Positions 1 through 9,318 of a stretch of DNA of 59,431 nt are shown piece after piece. Source of the DNA: an uncultured virus (IMG/VR IMGVR_UViG_3300011691_000001) (lineage: Duplodnaviria > Heunggongvirae > Uroviricota > Caudoviricetes); IMG/VR virus record IMGVR_UViG_3300011691_000001, one strand, 5' to 3'. The notes under the pieces were generated by a model. It was not told the origin of the DNA, did not search any database, and worked only from the letters and a program-made list of their open reading frames with translations. Position numbers and translations under genes: made by a program. Position 1 is the stretch's first letter. Every line of letters begins with the position of its first letter.

Positions 1-49
1 AAGGTATGCTGCTATTTATATACCAGATGTAAGATTTAAGGAGCTTCCA

Positions 50-244
50 GTGTTTGTTTATAAAGAAGAGGAAAATAAATTTTACAGTTATTCAGGAATT
101 GAATATACTGCGGATGTGATTTTAATAGATAAAGATTGGATGCTGTTTACTGTAAATGGAGAAGAATTTGACAATGTTGAGAAATACTATTTTAATAATC
201 TAATGGGAAAAATTGTTGAGGATCATGAAATTAATGAATACTAA
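50..244 (+). CDS. hypothetical phage protein
   Basis: ORF with AAGGAG RBS; ends at palindrome 245-262. Confidence 0.55.
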   Translation: MFVYKEEENKFYSYSGIEYTADVILIDKDWMLFTVNGEEFDNVEKYYFNNLMGKIVEDHEINEY

Positions 245-287
245 ATAACAGCCGTCTATTATTTAATTAAGGAGTGTGTAATTTATA

Positions 288-575
288 ATGTTGGCAGCAG
301 AGGCGAGAAAATTAAGTGAAAGCAATAAGCAACAATATAATGAGTGGCTACAAAGAGCTATTGAGAAGATTAAAAAAGCTTCACTAAATGGTGAAAACAA
401 AGTATTTATATACTTAGGGGAGGGCAGCTACCACAATAAAGAATTTTCGAAAATGCTCAACGCAAAAGAACAGATATTGAGGAATTTGGGATATAAAACA
501 TGTAAAGAAATGGAATCATCTTGGAGTTCTATATTCTATAAGACATTTAAATACTGGTTAAAGGTTGAATGGTGA
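288..575 (+). CDS. hypothetical phage protein
   Basis: 95-aa ORF with AAGGAG RBS, flanked by palindromes. Confidence 0.7.
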   Translation: MLAAEARKLSESNKQQYNEWLQRAIEKIKKASLNGENKVFIYLGEGSYHNKEFSKMLNAKEQILRNLGYKTCKEMESSWSSIFYKTFKYWLKVEW

Positions 576-628
576 TAGTAAAATTAAAAATTACATAAAT
601 CAGATTTATTATTGAAAGGAGAGTTTAT

Positions 629-1060
629 ATGAAATTTCTAGAAGTTAAAGGTGATTTATTTAAAGTTTCCAATGAACATGTGTTGGTTCATTGTATAAGT
701 GCTGATTGTAAAATGGGTGCAGGAATTGCGGTAGAATTTGTTAAACGCTATCCTTCTATGAGAAATTTATTACTGAGTATGAAACCAGAGGTAGGGCAAG
801 CTTTATATTACAATGGTGCAAATAAACGTTTTGTTATTAATCTTATAACAAAGGAAAGATATTACCATAAACCCACTAGAGACAATTTTAATAAGACAAT
901 TCTGGATATGAAGCGTGTTATTGATTTTTATAATATCCAAAAGATTGCAATGCCGTTAATTGGCAGTGGACTGGATCGATTAAATTGGGATGAAAGTAGT
1001 AAATTTATTCAAGAAACATTCGTAGATACAGACATTGAAATATTAGTGGTGAAACTGTGA
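629..1060 (+). CDS. macrodomain protein (TARG1/Poa1/DarG-like ADP-ribose hydrolase)
   Basis: Motifs KGDLF, VHCISADCKMGAGIA, NLITK, MPLIGSGLDRLNW typical of TARG1-class macrodomains. Confidence 0.88.
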   Translation: MKFLEVKGDLFKVSNEHVLVHCISADCKMGAGIAVEFVKRYPSMRNLLLSMKPEVGQALYYNGANKRFVINLITKERYYHKPTRDNFNKTILDMKRVIDFYNIQKIAMPLIGSGLDRLNWDESSKFIQETFVDTDIEILVVKL

Positions 1061-1101
1061 TTTAATAAAAGAGATATATTAATGAAAGGAGATGGTTTAT
1101 T

Positions 1102-1314
1102 ATGTCTAAAGTTACCATCAAAGAATATAATGGTGGCGTGTCTTCAGGAGGAAAGAGTGAATGTGTAATCGATAATTTAGAGATTGTATGTGACACGTCA
1201 AAAGGAAAGCAGGAAGTATTAGTTTATATTAATAATGAGGTTGTTTTTGGTCGAGATTTTTCCAGAGTGGGAAGACTAATTAAAAATCATGTTCAAGTCT
1301 ATGATGAAAATTGA
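1102..1314 (+). CDS. hypothetical phage protein
   Basis: ORF with AAAGGAG RBS. Confidence 0.6.
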   Translation: MSKVTIKEYNGGVSSGGKSECVIDNLEIVCDTSKGKQEVLVYINNEVVFGRDFSRVGRLIKNHVQVYDEN

Positions 1315-1351
1315 ATAATAGGAATCTATTATAGGAACGGAGTAAATCAAG

Positions 1352-1519
1352 ATGAATAACAAATTAAGTATTCGTATAAATGGCAAACTGTCTAATCGAT
1401 ATTCTAAGAGAGAAGTGGATAATTTGTTGTTTGCTATAAATGATTATATTGGATTAAATGATCAATTAAAGCAGCATATAAACAAAGGAGTGATTAAATG
1501 TTTAAAATTATTCCAGTAA
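1352..1519 (+). CDS. small hypothetical protein (55 aa, MNNKLSIRING...)
   Basis: Translated by hand; GGAG RBS upstream. Confidence 0.5.
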   Translation: MNNKLSIRINGKLSNRYSKREVDNLLFAINDYIGLNDQLKQHINKGVIKCLKLFQ

Positions 1520-1728
1520 TGCAGTATCAAAACACATTCTCCGCAAATCTATACTTTCAAGGAAGGAATGTAGGAGGCATTGGTAAGGACAAAGAAGGGA
1601 TATATGTGAACTTAAACAAAAGACTCAATGTTTCTCAGATGTCTGAATTGATAAAAACTATTAATGGTATTAATGAGAACTTTGATAAAGAGGAATTGAA
1701 GTTTCAGTATGCTGAGGATTTTTCATAA
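1498..1728 (+). CDS. hypothetical phage protein
   Basis: ORF with AAAGGAG RBS. Confidence 0.6.
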   Translation: MFKIIPVMQYQNTFSANLYFQGRNVGGIGKDKEGIYVNLNKRLNVSQMSELIKTINGINENFDKEELKFQYAEDFS

Positions 1729-1752
1729 AAACTAAATATTATTTAATACATA

Positions 1753-1971
1753 ATGAAAGGAAGTATAATATCTATGGCGTCTTTAAACAATGAAACCAAC
1801 CCATATAAAACTGTTAAGAAATTCATTAAGGAACGTGGGTATAGTTATCATGTAGGTGATGTAGTGGAAGGTTACTATAAAAGACTTGAAGGCTATTATA
1901 ACAGCTATACTATGAATGACTGTATTGATCATTTAGAAGATGAGTTAAAGCAGTTGATGGACAGGTATTAA
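1753..1971 (+). CDS. hypothetical phage protein
   Basis: ORF between two palindromes. Confidence 0.55.
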   Translation: MKGSIISMASLNNETNPYKTVKKFIKERGYSYHVGDVVEGYYKRLEGYYNSYTMNDCIDHLEDELKQLMDRY

Positions 1972-2008
1972 ATAAAAGGTAAGTATTATGGAAAGGAGTG
2001 ATGTATTC

Positions 2009-2152
2009 TTGCCAAATGATTTATGGTCGTATCGTTGGGTTATATTAAGAAGCTTATTAATACTACCATTGATTTTATTAGCTTCTGTATCTAGTAGATT
2101 TAACAATAGATATGGAAACAAAATTGATCGTTTTATAACATGGGATTTTTAA
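2009..2152 (+). CDS. small membrane peptide (47 aa, MPNDLWSYRWVILRSLLILPLILLA...)
   Basis: TTG start after AAAGGAGTGA; hydrophobic stretch; flanked by palindromes 1972 and 2160. Confidence 0.5.
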   Translation: MPNDLWSYRWVILRSLLILPLILLASVSSRFNNRYGNKIDRFITWDF

Positions 2153-2206
2153 ATATTACATAATATTTAACTATTATTAAATACATGAATATGGAGGAGG
2201 ATAATT

Positions 2207-2590
2207 ATGAAATACTTATATAAATTTTATTGGAATTGTGGTAGAAGTGGTAACTTAGAAGGCTTATTTGTAGCGACAGAAAAAGAAGTGGAGGATGCAA
2301 TTGGAAAAGAAGCTTACTTTGGAGAAGTTTTAGGTAAGCATAGTGAAGTTTATGGAACCATCAATGAAAGAGATATTAGAAAGTTAGACGTATCTCCAGA
2401 AGCAATAGCAGAAATGTGTAAATATTTAAATGGAACTTGGAGTGGATTTAATCCATTGAGATATGTCAAATCTACATGCGATGAATGTGAAGAAAGTTAT
2501 AGAGATGATGAGTGGGATTGTGAATACCGTGAAGAATTTGGTAGAACATTGTGTTATGAATGTATGGAAGAGTTAAAAAGCATTAAATAA
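2207..2590 (+). CDS. hypothetical phage protein with C-terminal CxxC pairs
   Basis: GGAGG RBS; CDEC...CYEC. Confidence 0.7.
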   Translation: MKYLYKFYWNCGRSGNLEGLFVATEKEVEDAIGKEAYFGEVLGKHSEVYGTINERDIRKLDVSPEAIAEMCKYLNGTWSGFNPLRYVKSTCDECEESYRDDEWDCEYREEFGRTLCYECMEELKSIK

Positions 2591-2625
2591 AAGGAACATT
2601 TTAATAAAATAAATACATAAATAAC

Positions 2626-2654
2626 TTTACTTTGTATTAAAAATAACTTATACT
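2626..2654 (+). promoter_or_regulatory. sigma-A-type promoter for the repression operon
   Basis: TTTACT-N17-TATACT, preceded by AAATACATAA. Confidence 0.6.
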
Positions 2655-2686
2655 GTTAATAATAAGAGTATAAGGGGGAAGTTGTA

Positions 2687-3739
2687 GTGGTAGCTTTGAA
2701 TACAGTCAAGTTGGAAAATTATATCGGTGATCACATTGAAGCCTTCTTAAATGAATACAAATCAAATTCAATACACAGTTATAAGAGTTACAAAAGCAGC
2801 TTGAACAAATTATTTAAAGATATATTAAATAAAAGCGACTTTAAATTCATAACGGTTTCTGATATAGAAGGATTGACGGTACATGTATTAAAAGAATACT
2901 TCAATACGTTACATGAAGAAGTAAATACTGATGATGAACCGAAGCATAAAAATTCAACAATAAATAAGCACATTTCGGTTATAAAGAAGTTCATTGAGTA
3001 TTTAGCAGCTTGGGATATAATTTCATATGATGTAAATAAGCTATCACTACTTAAATTCTTCCCTGATACAAGAGAAGAAATTGAAATGATACCATTTGAA
3101 TTAGCAATGAAGTACACTTCTTACTTTAGAAGTGAGGATCAAGGGTTGGAAAAACAATTAATAATTAAATTAGCTATTGAAACTGCTCTTAGAGCAACCG
3201 AATTATTAGAGTTGAAGTGGAGTAACTTTACAGTTGTTGAAGATGGTGTAATCATGAAATCTCATGGAAATAATAAAGGTAAAGGGAATAAAGAGTGGAT
3301 TGATAAAATAAATAAAGAATTATACGAAGAACTTTTACATTTAAAGTACTTAGGGAATGATCATAAGTTATTTACTCTCACATACAAACAATTAACTGGT
3401 ATGATGGATAGAGGAAATGAACTTTTAAATGACACTGGAGTTAAATATTCATTCCATTCATTTAAAAAATTAGCTGTGACAATGTGTTACTTAAATAATA
3501 ACAACTGTATTGATACTGCAATGAAGAAAGCTCGTCACAGTAATGTTAATACGACTATGAGGTATCTTCGATTAACAAATTTAAATGTTACTGGTATAAT
3601 ATCATCTAAATTAAATACGGAACAAGATATTTATAAAACAGTATCATACGAATTACTTTTAGAAGCATTAAGTGAAATGCGTCCAGAAATGCTTCTACTT
3701 TTAAATAATAAAATAAAAAATAAGAAAAATAATATGTAA
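2687..3739 (+). CDS. tyrosine recombinase family protein (SPbeta YopP/SroD-like)
   Basis: ETALRATEL (R), KGK (K), FHSFKK (HxxK), ARHSN (H), TMRY (Y); first gene of the trio. Confidence 0.85.
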   Translation: MVALNTVKLENYIGDHIEAFLNEYKSNSIHSYKSYKSSLNKLFKDILNKSDFKFITVSDIEGLTVHVLKEYFNTLHEEVNTDDEPKHKNSTINKHISVIKKFIEYLAAWDIISYDVNKLSLLKFFPDTREEIEMIPFELAMKYTSYFRSEDQGLEKQLIIKLAIETALRATELLELKWSNFTVVEDGVIMKSHGNNKGKGNKEWIDKINKELYEELLHLKYLGNDHKLFTLTYKQLTGMMDRGNELLNDTGVKYSFHSFKKLAVTMCYLNNNNCIDTAMKKARHSNVNTTMRYLRLTNLNVTGIISSKLNTEQDIYKTVSYELLLEALSEMRPEMLLLLNNKIKNKKNNM

Positions 3740-3802
3740 TAATTAATGAAAAAATAATTACTAGATGATAAAATATCATTTGTAATTAAGGGAGGGAAAT
3801 TA

Positions 3803-5143
3803 ATGAAATTAGGTAAAGATAATGAACAATTAGAGATTGAAGTTAAAAGTTTAATAAATGCTTTTTCATCTAATGTAGACAAAGATGAAGTAGATTTAAT
3901 TGTTGAACACCTAAATATGAAACATGGTATTGAAAGTGCTAAGATTTATTCCTTATTTAACAATGTTAATAATGTAAGTAAGTTAGAATTTGAAGAGATT
4001 GCATTATTTGGGCAGCAATTAGTCGTTAAATTAGGAATGAACCAGAGTGAATGGATGAATGAATGGTTTACTGATCGTGAACAAAAAGAAATTGGTGGAT
4101 ATCAATTTGTAGGATCTTCATCAACAGATATTATTGATTTCCCAATGACAATTCATAATGTAACTGACTTAGGTGATGGTTATTATAATGCAACCCTGAC
4201 AAGAAAAGAATTGGCTAGATTATATAAATCAGGAAAGTTAGATTATAACGCCAATGTTCAACGTGGTATGAAGAAAGTTGTTCGGTTTGGCGTAGAAATA
4301 GAGAAGCCAATTATTTATCAAAGTAAAATTACTCAAATTAGAAATGAAATTTTAAAAGGTGTTTTAAGACCAACTACAATTACACTTAATGCACATCAAA
4401 TGACTGCTCTAGAAGGGGTAGAACTTGTATACGATGATAAAAATCATACTCTAAAAATAAATGAAGGTACTGTTTTAGATATTGTTGATGGAATGCATAG
4501 GCTATTAGGTAATTACAGTGCTTATAATAAAGACTCTAATATCAAAGGTTCTTTCCCAATAACAATTTCTAATAAATCAGATGCTGAAGTTAAGAGATAT
4601 CAAGTTGATCTGGATAAACATACTCCACTATCAAGAAGTCGAGTAGAAGAGTTAGATAATAAATCATATTCAAATGAAGTTGTGAATATTTTAAAAGTAG
4701 AGGGACAACTGAAAAATAGAATAACATCTGCAAGTGATGCTAAGTCATCTATAAAAGGTAGTGACTTTACGACATATAAGATAATTAATACGCAAATAAA
4801 TAATGTATTTAAACTAGAGAGTATATTAGACGCAAGAAAACTAGCAAAATCTATTAATGAATATTTGGTTTACTTATTTGGAATTTATAAAAAATATATT
4901 GTTAGTGATTATAACCTAATATTTGACGCAGATGTATTTGAAGGACACTTACATTTAATCAAGTTAATGAATGATGAAGGTGTATCTTATGAAAAGATAG
5001 AAGATATTATAGATATAAATGAATTCCATAAGTCAGAATCCAAATTAAGTAAAATTATTAATGGGAATATGAAATTAAATGCAAAAGACCGCAAAGCATT
5101 GATTAAATTATTTACAGATATGTATAAGAAAGGCGTGAAGTGA
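3803..5143 (+). CDS. DGQHR/DndB/ParB-fold protein (SPbeta YopQ/SroE-like)
   Basis: VQRG and IVDGMHRL motifs; synteny between two recombinase-fold genes. Confidence 0.75.
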   Translation: MKLGKDNEQLEIEVKSLINAFSSNVDKDEVDLIVEHLNMKHGIESAKIYSLFNNVNNVSKLEFEEIALFGQQLVVKLGMNQSEWMNEWFTDREQKEIGGYQFVGSSSTDIIDFPMTIHNVTDLGDGYYNATLTRKELARLYKSGKLDYNANVQRGMKKVVRFGVEIEKPIIYQSKITQIRNEILKGVLRPTTITLNAHQMTALEGVELVYDDKNHTLKINEGTVLDIVDGMHRLLGNYSAYNKDSNIKGSFPITISNKSDAEVKRYQVDLDKHTPLSRSRVEELDNKSYSNEVVNILKVEGQLKNRITSASDAKSSIKGSDFTTYKIINTQINNVFKLESILDARKLAKSINEYLVYLFGIYKKYIVSDYNLIFDADVFEGHLHLIKLMNDEGVSYEKIEDIIDINEFHKSESKLSKIINGNMKLNAKDRKALIKLFTDMYKKGVK

Positions 5144-6129
5144 TTATGTATAATGAGGAATACAAGAAATCATTTCTTGAAACATTAAATTTATCTGAAT
5201 CATCTTTGAAAACCTACTACTCAATATTTAATAAAACAGAACCGTTTGAACGAAAACATGAAACTGATTTATACGACATGGATAATTCCATGTTGGATCT
5301 ATTATTTAGGCAAGCGAAAAGACAAACAAAAAGGTCAGCAATTATATTTATTAATACTATTAAAAACTATATTACATGGGCAATTGATAACGGACATAGT
5401 GCTTCACCAACACACCCTATTGTAGATGTTATCAATGACGAATACGTTTCTACTTATGTATGGAATGCAGGTAAAAATTATTATAATAGAGAAGAACTAC
5501 TTAAAAAAATTGAATTACTGGATAACAACAGAGACATGGCTATTGTACTTTTATTGTTTGAAGGTATAGTTGGATCTTCATTTTCTGAAATAAGAAACTT
5601 AAGAATAGATGATATAACTACAAAAGATGATAAATTCTTTTTGAATGTACTTTCTGATGAAATAAACTTAACGAGTAGACAAATTGAAATTACAAAAGAA
5701 CTACATGATTTATTAATCAAAACATATAATACATCTGAAATAAAAAGTCCTAGTGGGAAAATGGCTCGATTAGTTGACGGGGAATATATATTTAGAAAAA
5801 ATAGACTTGGAAAAGATAATGATGTTCGTATAACTCCATCTATGATAAGTACTATAATAATGCAGCGAATAAAAGACTCATTTAGTGACAGTAACATTAC
5901 TGCAACTACTATAGAGATAAGCGGCATGATGTGGTATGCAAATGAATGGATGAACGAAAAGGGAAATCGAATCTTTGATTTAAATATTGTTGAAAAACTA
6001 GTTAAAAAATATAATTTAAGTACAATAAGCTTGAATAATAAAGAATATCCTCAGCTACAAAGGATCAGAGAAACAATGGATTTTGACTATATGCAAGATG
6101 AATTTGGTCACTTTGAAGTAAAAATATAG
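5140..6129 (+). CDS. MrpR (YopR/SroF)-like lytic-cycle master repressor, catalytically degenerate tyrosine-recombinase fold
   Basis: MYNEEYKKSFL N-terminus; LLFEGI..SEIRNLR lacks catalytic R and HxxR; synteny. Confidence 0.78.
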   Translation: MIMYNEEYKKSFLETLNLSESSLKTYYSIFNKTEPFERKHETDLYDMDNSMLDLLFRQAKRQTKRSAIIFINTIKNYITWAIDNGHSASPTHPIVDVINDEYVSTYVWNAGKNYYNREELLKKIELLDNNRDMAIVLLLFEGIVGSSFSEIRNLRIDDITTKDDKFFLNVLSDEINLTSRQIEITKELHDLLIKTYNTSEIKSPSGKMARLVDGEYIFRKNRLGKDNDVRITPSMISTIIMQRIKDSFSDSNITATTIEISGMMWYANEWMNEKGNRIFDLNIVEKLVKKYNLSTISLNNKEYPQLQRIRETMDFDYMQDEFGHFEVKI

Positions 6130-6141
6130 AAAACAGAAAGA

Positions 6142-6162
6142 CTGAATGAATTTATCATTCAG
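6142..6162 (+). terminator. putative intrinsic terminator
   Basis: CTGAATGA...TCATTCAG hairpin after repressor gene. Confidence 0.45.
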
Positions 6163-6272
6163 CTCTCTTATACATATAAATATATAAATATATAAAAGAA
6201 ATTTGATATTTTTCAAGAGTATATAAATTATAAGATAATTAATATGTTCTTAAAAAATATCGAACAAAAATA

Positions 6273-6286
6273 CGAACAAATGTTTT
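6273..6286. promoter_or_regulatory. LexA (DinR/Cheo) SOS box
   Basis: CGAACAAATGTTTT matches Bacillus CGAAC-RNRY-GTTY consensus, just upstream of a -35. Confidence 0.7.
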
Positions 6287-6296
6287 CATTTTGAGA

Positions 6297-6325
6297 TTGA
6301 CAATATTTAAGTCAATTGGTAAAAT
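6297..6325 (+). promoter_or_regulatory. strong sigma-A promoter
   Basis: TTGACA-N17-TAAAAT with TG extended -10. Confidence 0.8.
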
Positions 6326-6393
6326 TGTATTAATAAAGCAACTATTTATATCATAGATAAGCTAATTAATAAAAAAAGGGGGAATATATAATT

Positions 6394-6843
6394 ATGACAA
6401 TAGTAGCAAAGATTCAGTCTGAAGTAGTGATTCAGAACAACAACCCAGAAGAATTGTTGTCACTTTATGATAGGCTAATACCTACTAATGGACTACAGGT
6501 AACAAATGTGAGAGGTAATAAACTAATAGCAGAATGCTCAGATTTCCATTTTGTTGAAATTGCTGAGATAACTGAAGATGGAGACTTAATTGAACTATTT
6601 AAACGTACACCAGAAGTAAAATACTATCTTTCTGAAAATAAATCTTTCAATATGGATGATTTGATTAGAATTGATGGTAGAGGTGACTACAGCTTAATTT
6701 TAATGCACAATAATATATTTTTATATAATGCAGAAGATTTAACTACAATGGAAGCAGGTAGTGCAACTAGTATAGATGAGATAACAAAATACTTAAATAT
6801 TAACTATCCAAGTTACGAAGTACTGAGGAAAATTAAGGGGTGA
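6394..6843 (+). CDS. hypothetical protein (first gene after the SOS-boxed promoter)
   Basis: 149-aa ORF with GGGGG RBS. Confidence 0.7.
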   Translation: MTIVAKIQSEVVIQNNNPEELLSLYDRLIPTNGLQVTNVRGNKLIAECSDFHFVEIAEITEDGDLIELFKRTPEVKYYLSENKSFNMDDLIRIDGRGDYSLILMHNNIFLYNAEDLTTMEAGSATSIDEITKYLNINYPSYEVLRKIKG

Positions 6844-6950
6844 ATTTGATAATGTTGTCTTTGTGAGAATATGATGTGGTATGGTAATGGAGCCAATATC
6901 ACATCAATATAAATATAAAATGCATAAATACATAAAAAGGTGGTTATAAA

Positions 6951-7130
6951 ATGAATAATATTTCGTTTGCAATTGATCTTTTTGTTATACCTAATAGATG
7001 GGGAGAGGGCTACAAAATAATAAGGGATGAAGATGGTTACATCTATGAAAAAACATACAAGTCGAAAAATGCTGCAAATGATTGGATACTATACATAAAT
7101 GATTTATTAATTAATTCAAAGAACCTTTGA
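6951..7130 (+). CDS. small hypothetical protein (59 aa)
   Basis: Translated by hand; AAGGTGG RBS. Confidence 0.5.
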   Translation: MNNISFAIDLFVIPNRWGEGYKIIRDEDGYIYEKTYKSKNAANDWILYINDLLINSKNL

Positions 7131-7185
7131 AATGTGTATACGCTTGGTTAATATGAAGTAATTTAAAAAAGGCAGGTGAAATTCA

Positions 7186-7578
7186 ATGTTAAAGATATAT
7201 ACAGACAGTAGCTATAAGGATGGTACTTCAACGCACCATTACTTTGTAATGAAAGGGAATAATAAAATTAAAAGAAGAACATTTATAGGATTTGATTCAT
7301 CGTCTATGAAAGCTGAAGCAACTACAATCATAAAGGCTTTACAAATGGTATTAAAGAAAGATTGGGAAGGGGTGACAATATATACAGATTCATTAGCGAC
7401 AGTGTTTGGTGTTAAACATGGAAACTTTAGTAATGAAGATTATCGATACATAGCACATTTACTTAAAGTAACAAAATCCAATATTAATTGGAAGAACAGA
7501 AAGCATCATCAGATTAAGATTGCTGATGCAGAATGTCGTAAGATGATGCAAACTAAACTTAGAAGAGTAGTAATTTAA
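7186..7578 (+). CDS. RNase H-like protein
   Basis: KIYTDSS, KAEA, IYTDSL, KIADAEC acidic motif pattern. Confidence 0.75.
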   Translation: MLKIYTDSSYKDGTSTHHYFVMKGNNKIKRRTFIGFDSSSMKAEATTIIKALQMVLKKDWEGVTIYTDSLATVFGVKHGNFSNEDYRYIAHLLKVTKSNINWKNRKHHQIKIADAECRKMMQTKLRRVVI

Positions 7579-7605
7579 ATACGTATACATAAAGGTGAGA
7601 TAAAA

Positions 7606-7845
7606 ATGAATAAGGATATTGAAAATTTAAGAAACACTTTTGATTTTATTATTAATGACTATGATAATGGATCAATGTTTAAAGATGATGACAGTATGAA
7701 GTCTTGGATTGCTAAATGTGAATGGTTTGTTAAACAGATGGTTGACATTAAAGTAGGTGTAGGATTCAAGTATTTTGAGTTACAAAGGGAATATAATCCA
7801 CTTCAAGAGAACAATAAGGTTGGAGAAGGTGAAGAGTCTGAATAG
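7606..7845 (+). CDS. hypothetical protein
   Basis: ORF with AAGGTGA RBS. Confidence 0.55.
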   Translation: MNKDIENLRNTFDFIINDYDNGSMFKDDDSMKSWIAKCEWFVKQMVDIKVGVGFKYFELQREYNPLQENNKVGEGEESE

Positions 7846-8011
7846 ATATAATGAAATTAATGTGATTGGTTGTTGTGCCAATAAGGAATGCTCAAATGAG
7901 TTAAGCAGAAAAGACGAGTACCTTATTGACGATTCTAATTTATATTGTGATTCCATATGCTATGCTAAATACATGCTGAGTGTTGGAGCAGTAAAAGAAG
8001 TTAGATATTAA
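7838..8011 (+). CDS. small Cys-rich protein (probable CTG start)
   Basis: AAGGTGA RBS before CTG at 7838; CCANKEC...YCDSIC. Confidence 0.5.
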   Translation: MNRYNEINVIGCCANKECSNELSRKDEYLIDDSNLYCDSICYAKYMLSVGAVKEVRY

Positions 8012-8039
8012 ATAAATACATAATTGGAGAATATACATA

Positions 8040-8312
8040 ATGAATCAATACATAGTTTCGCTAGTCTTAAATGGTGATGAATATAACATGAATGTAAAGA
8101 CAAAAAGCAAAGAATCTGCTTTACAATATGCGAAGGACAAGCTTAAATTTGACAAAATAATAGGTGTTGCAGAAAAGCTAGAATTTAAACGTAAACGATT
8201 TGGTTATTTAGGAAATCCAGATCGCACTCCATACGGAAGCAAAAGTAAAGATATTAAGGTAGCTAAAAATACTAAACGTGGTAAGTCTGCTCAAAAGAAG
8301 TTCGTAAAATAA
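8040..8312 (+). CDS. basic hypothetical protein
   Basis: GGAG RBS. Confidence 0.6.
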   Translation: MNQYIVSLVLNGDEYNMNVKTKSKESALQYAKDKLKFDKIIGVAEKLEFKRKRFGYLGNPDRTPYGSKSKDIKVAKNTKRGKSAQKKFVK

Positions 8313-8337
8313 TACATACATAAAAGGAGATTATATT

Positions 8338-8670
8338 ATGAATAAAAATAAACATGTGTTACATAGTTTGAAGAATGGTGATATTATTCGATTTCCAAAT
8401 GATGAATTTGATTATATAGTACGCCATACAGGATTGCGATACGTATTTGCAGGTTCTGATTGTGGTTGCGTATATACTGTGATCGATAAAAAGGACGAAA
8501 TTTTAGCATCAACTACAATGCTGTTTGAAGAATTCGCTAACTTTACCGTTGTAGGAAACCCTCAAAAATTAGAAATGTTGTTAACTAACGGTGAGCGTGA
8601 GTTATCTAGAAAATATCGTGATACATTTCAAGCATTTAATTTATACAAAGGGAAGGTAATTAAAGCGTAA
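8338..8670 (+). CDS. hypothetical protein
   Basis: AAAGGAG RBS. Confidence 0.6.
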   Translation: MNKNKHVLHSLKNGDIIRFPNDEFDYIVRHTGLRYVFAGSDCGCVYTVIDKKDEILASTTMLFEEFANFTVVGNPQKLEMLLTNGERELSRKYRDTFQAFNLYKGKVIKA

Positions 8671-8719
8671 TAAAATAATACATATCATATACATACAACA
8701 TATATATAGAAATGGAGAA

Positions 8720-9313
8720 TTGGATATGCGTAAAGATATTATGGTTGATATTGAAACACTAGGTACTGGAGAAAATGCAACTGTATTTCAAATTTCAGCA
8801 ATGAGCTTCAACATTCAAACAGGGGACAAGCATGATTCGATTAATTTGATTGGAGATATTGAAAAGTACAGCAGCTTAAATGTCGATGGTTCAACTTTAA
8901 AATGGTGGTTAAATACAGATAAAGAATTACTTACTGAATTACTGAATAAAGGTACATACGAGGAATATGACTTATTTGAAGCTCTACATAAATGGTTAGA
9001 GAATCAATCAACTACAGGAGATATGAAGGATGTTTACTTGTGGGGTAATGGTATTTTATTCGATAATGCTAAATTACAAACTAATTTGAACGGCTGTAGT
9101 GGGTTAAAGTATCCAATCTATTATAAAAATGATCGTGATGTTCGTACAATCTTAGAATTAGCTAGTATGAAATCAGGATTAACTGAAGAAGAAATTAAAG
9201 AGTCTGTAACAGATGAGAATGAACGTAAACATGATGCTTTTGATGACATTTCTTATCAAATTAGATTAGTAGTTGAATGTTACAAAATTTTGATGAATAA
9301 AGAGGTGGAATAA
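8720..9313 (+). CDS. 3'-5' exonuclease/exoribonuclease (DEDDh, Rv2179c-like)
   Basis: MVDIETLG, WGNG..FD, RDVRT, HDAFDD motifs. Confidence 0.82.
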   Translation: MDMRKDIMVDIETLGTGENATVFQISAMSFNIQTGDKHDSINLIGDIEKYSSLNVDGSTLKWWLNTDKELLTELLNKGTYEEYDLFEALHKWLENQSTTGDMKDVYLWGNGILFDNAKLQTNLNGCSGLKYPIYYKNDRDVRTILELASMKSGLTEEEIKESVTDENERKHDAFDDISYQIRLVVECYKILMNKEVE

Positions 9314-9318
9314 ATATT

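Noticed and set aside
245..2604. CRISPR array interpretation of the recurring palindrome
   Set aside because: Repeats are short and degenerate, separated by whole genes of variable length, and there is no cas operon
3803..5143. Dnd phosphorothioation system from the DndB-like motif
   Set aside because: No dndACDE genes; context matches the SPbeta repression operon
2788..5927. Minus-strand ORFs 2788-3117, 3631-3882, 5481-5927 and similar antisense ORFs across the window
   Set aside because: They are shadow frames of well-supported genes with no RBS or recognisable motifs
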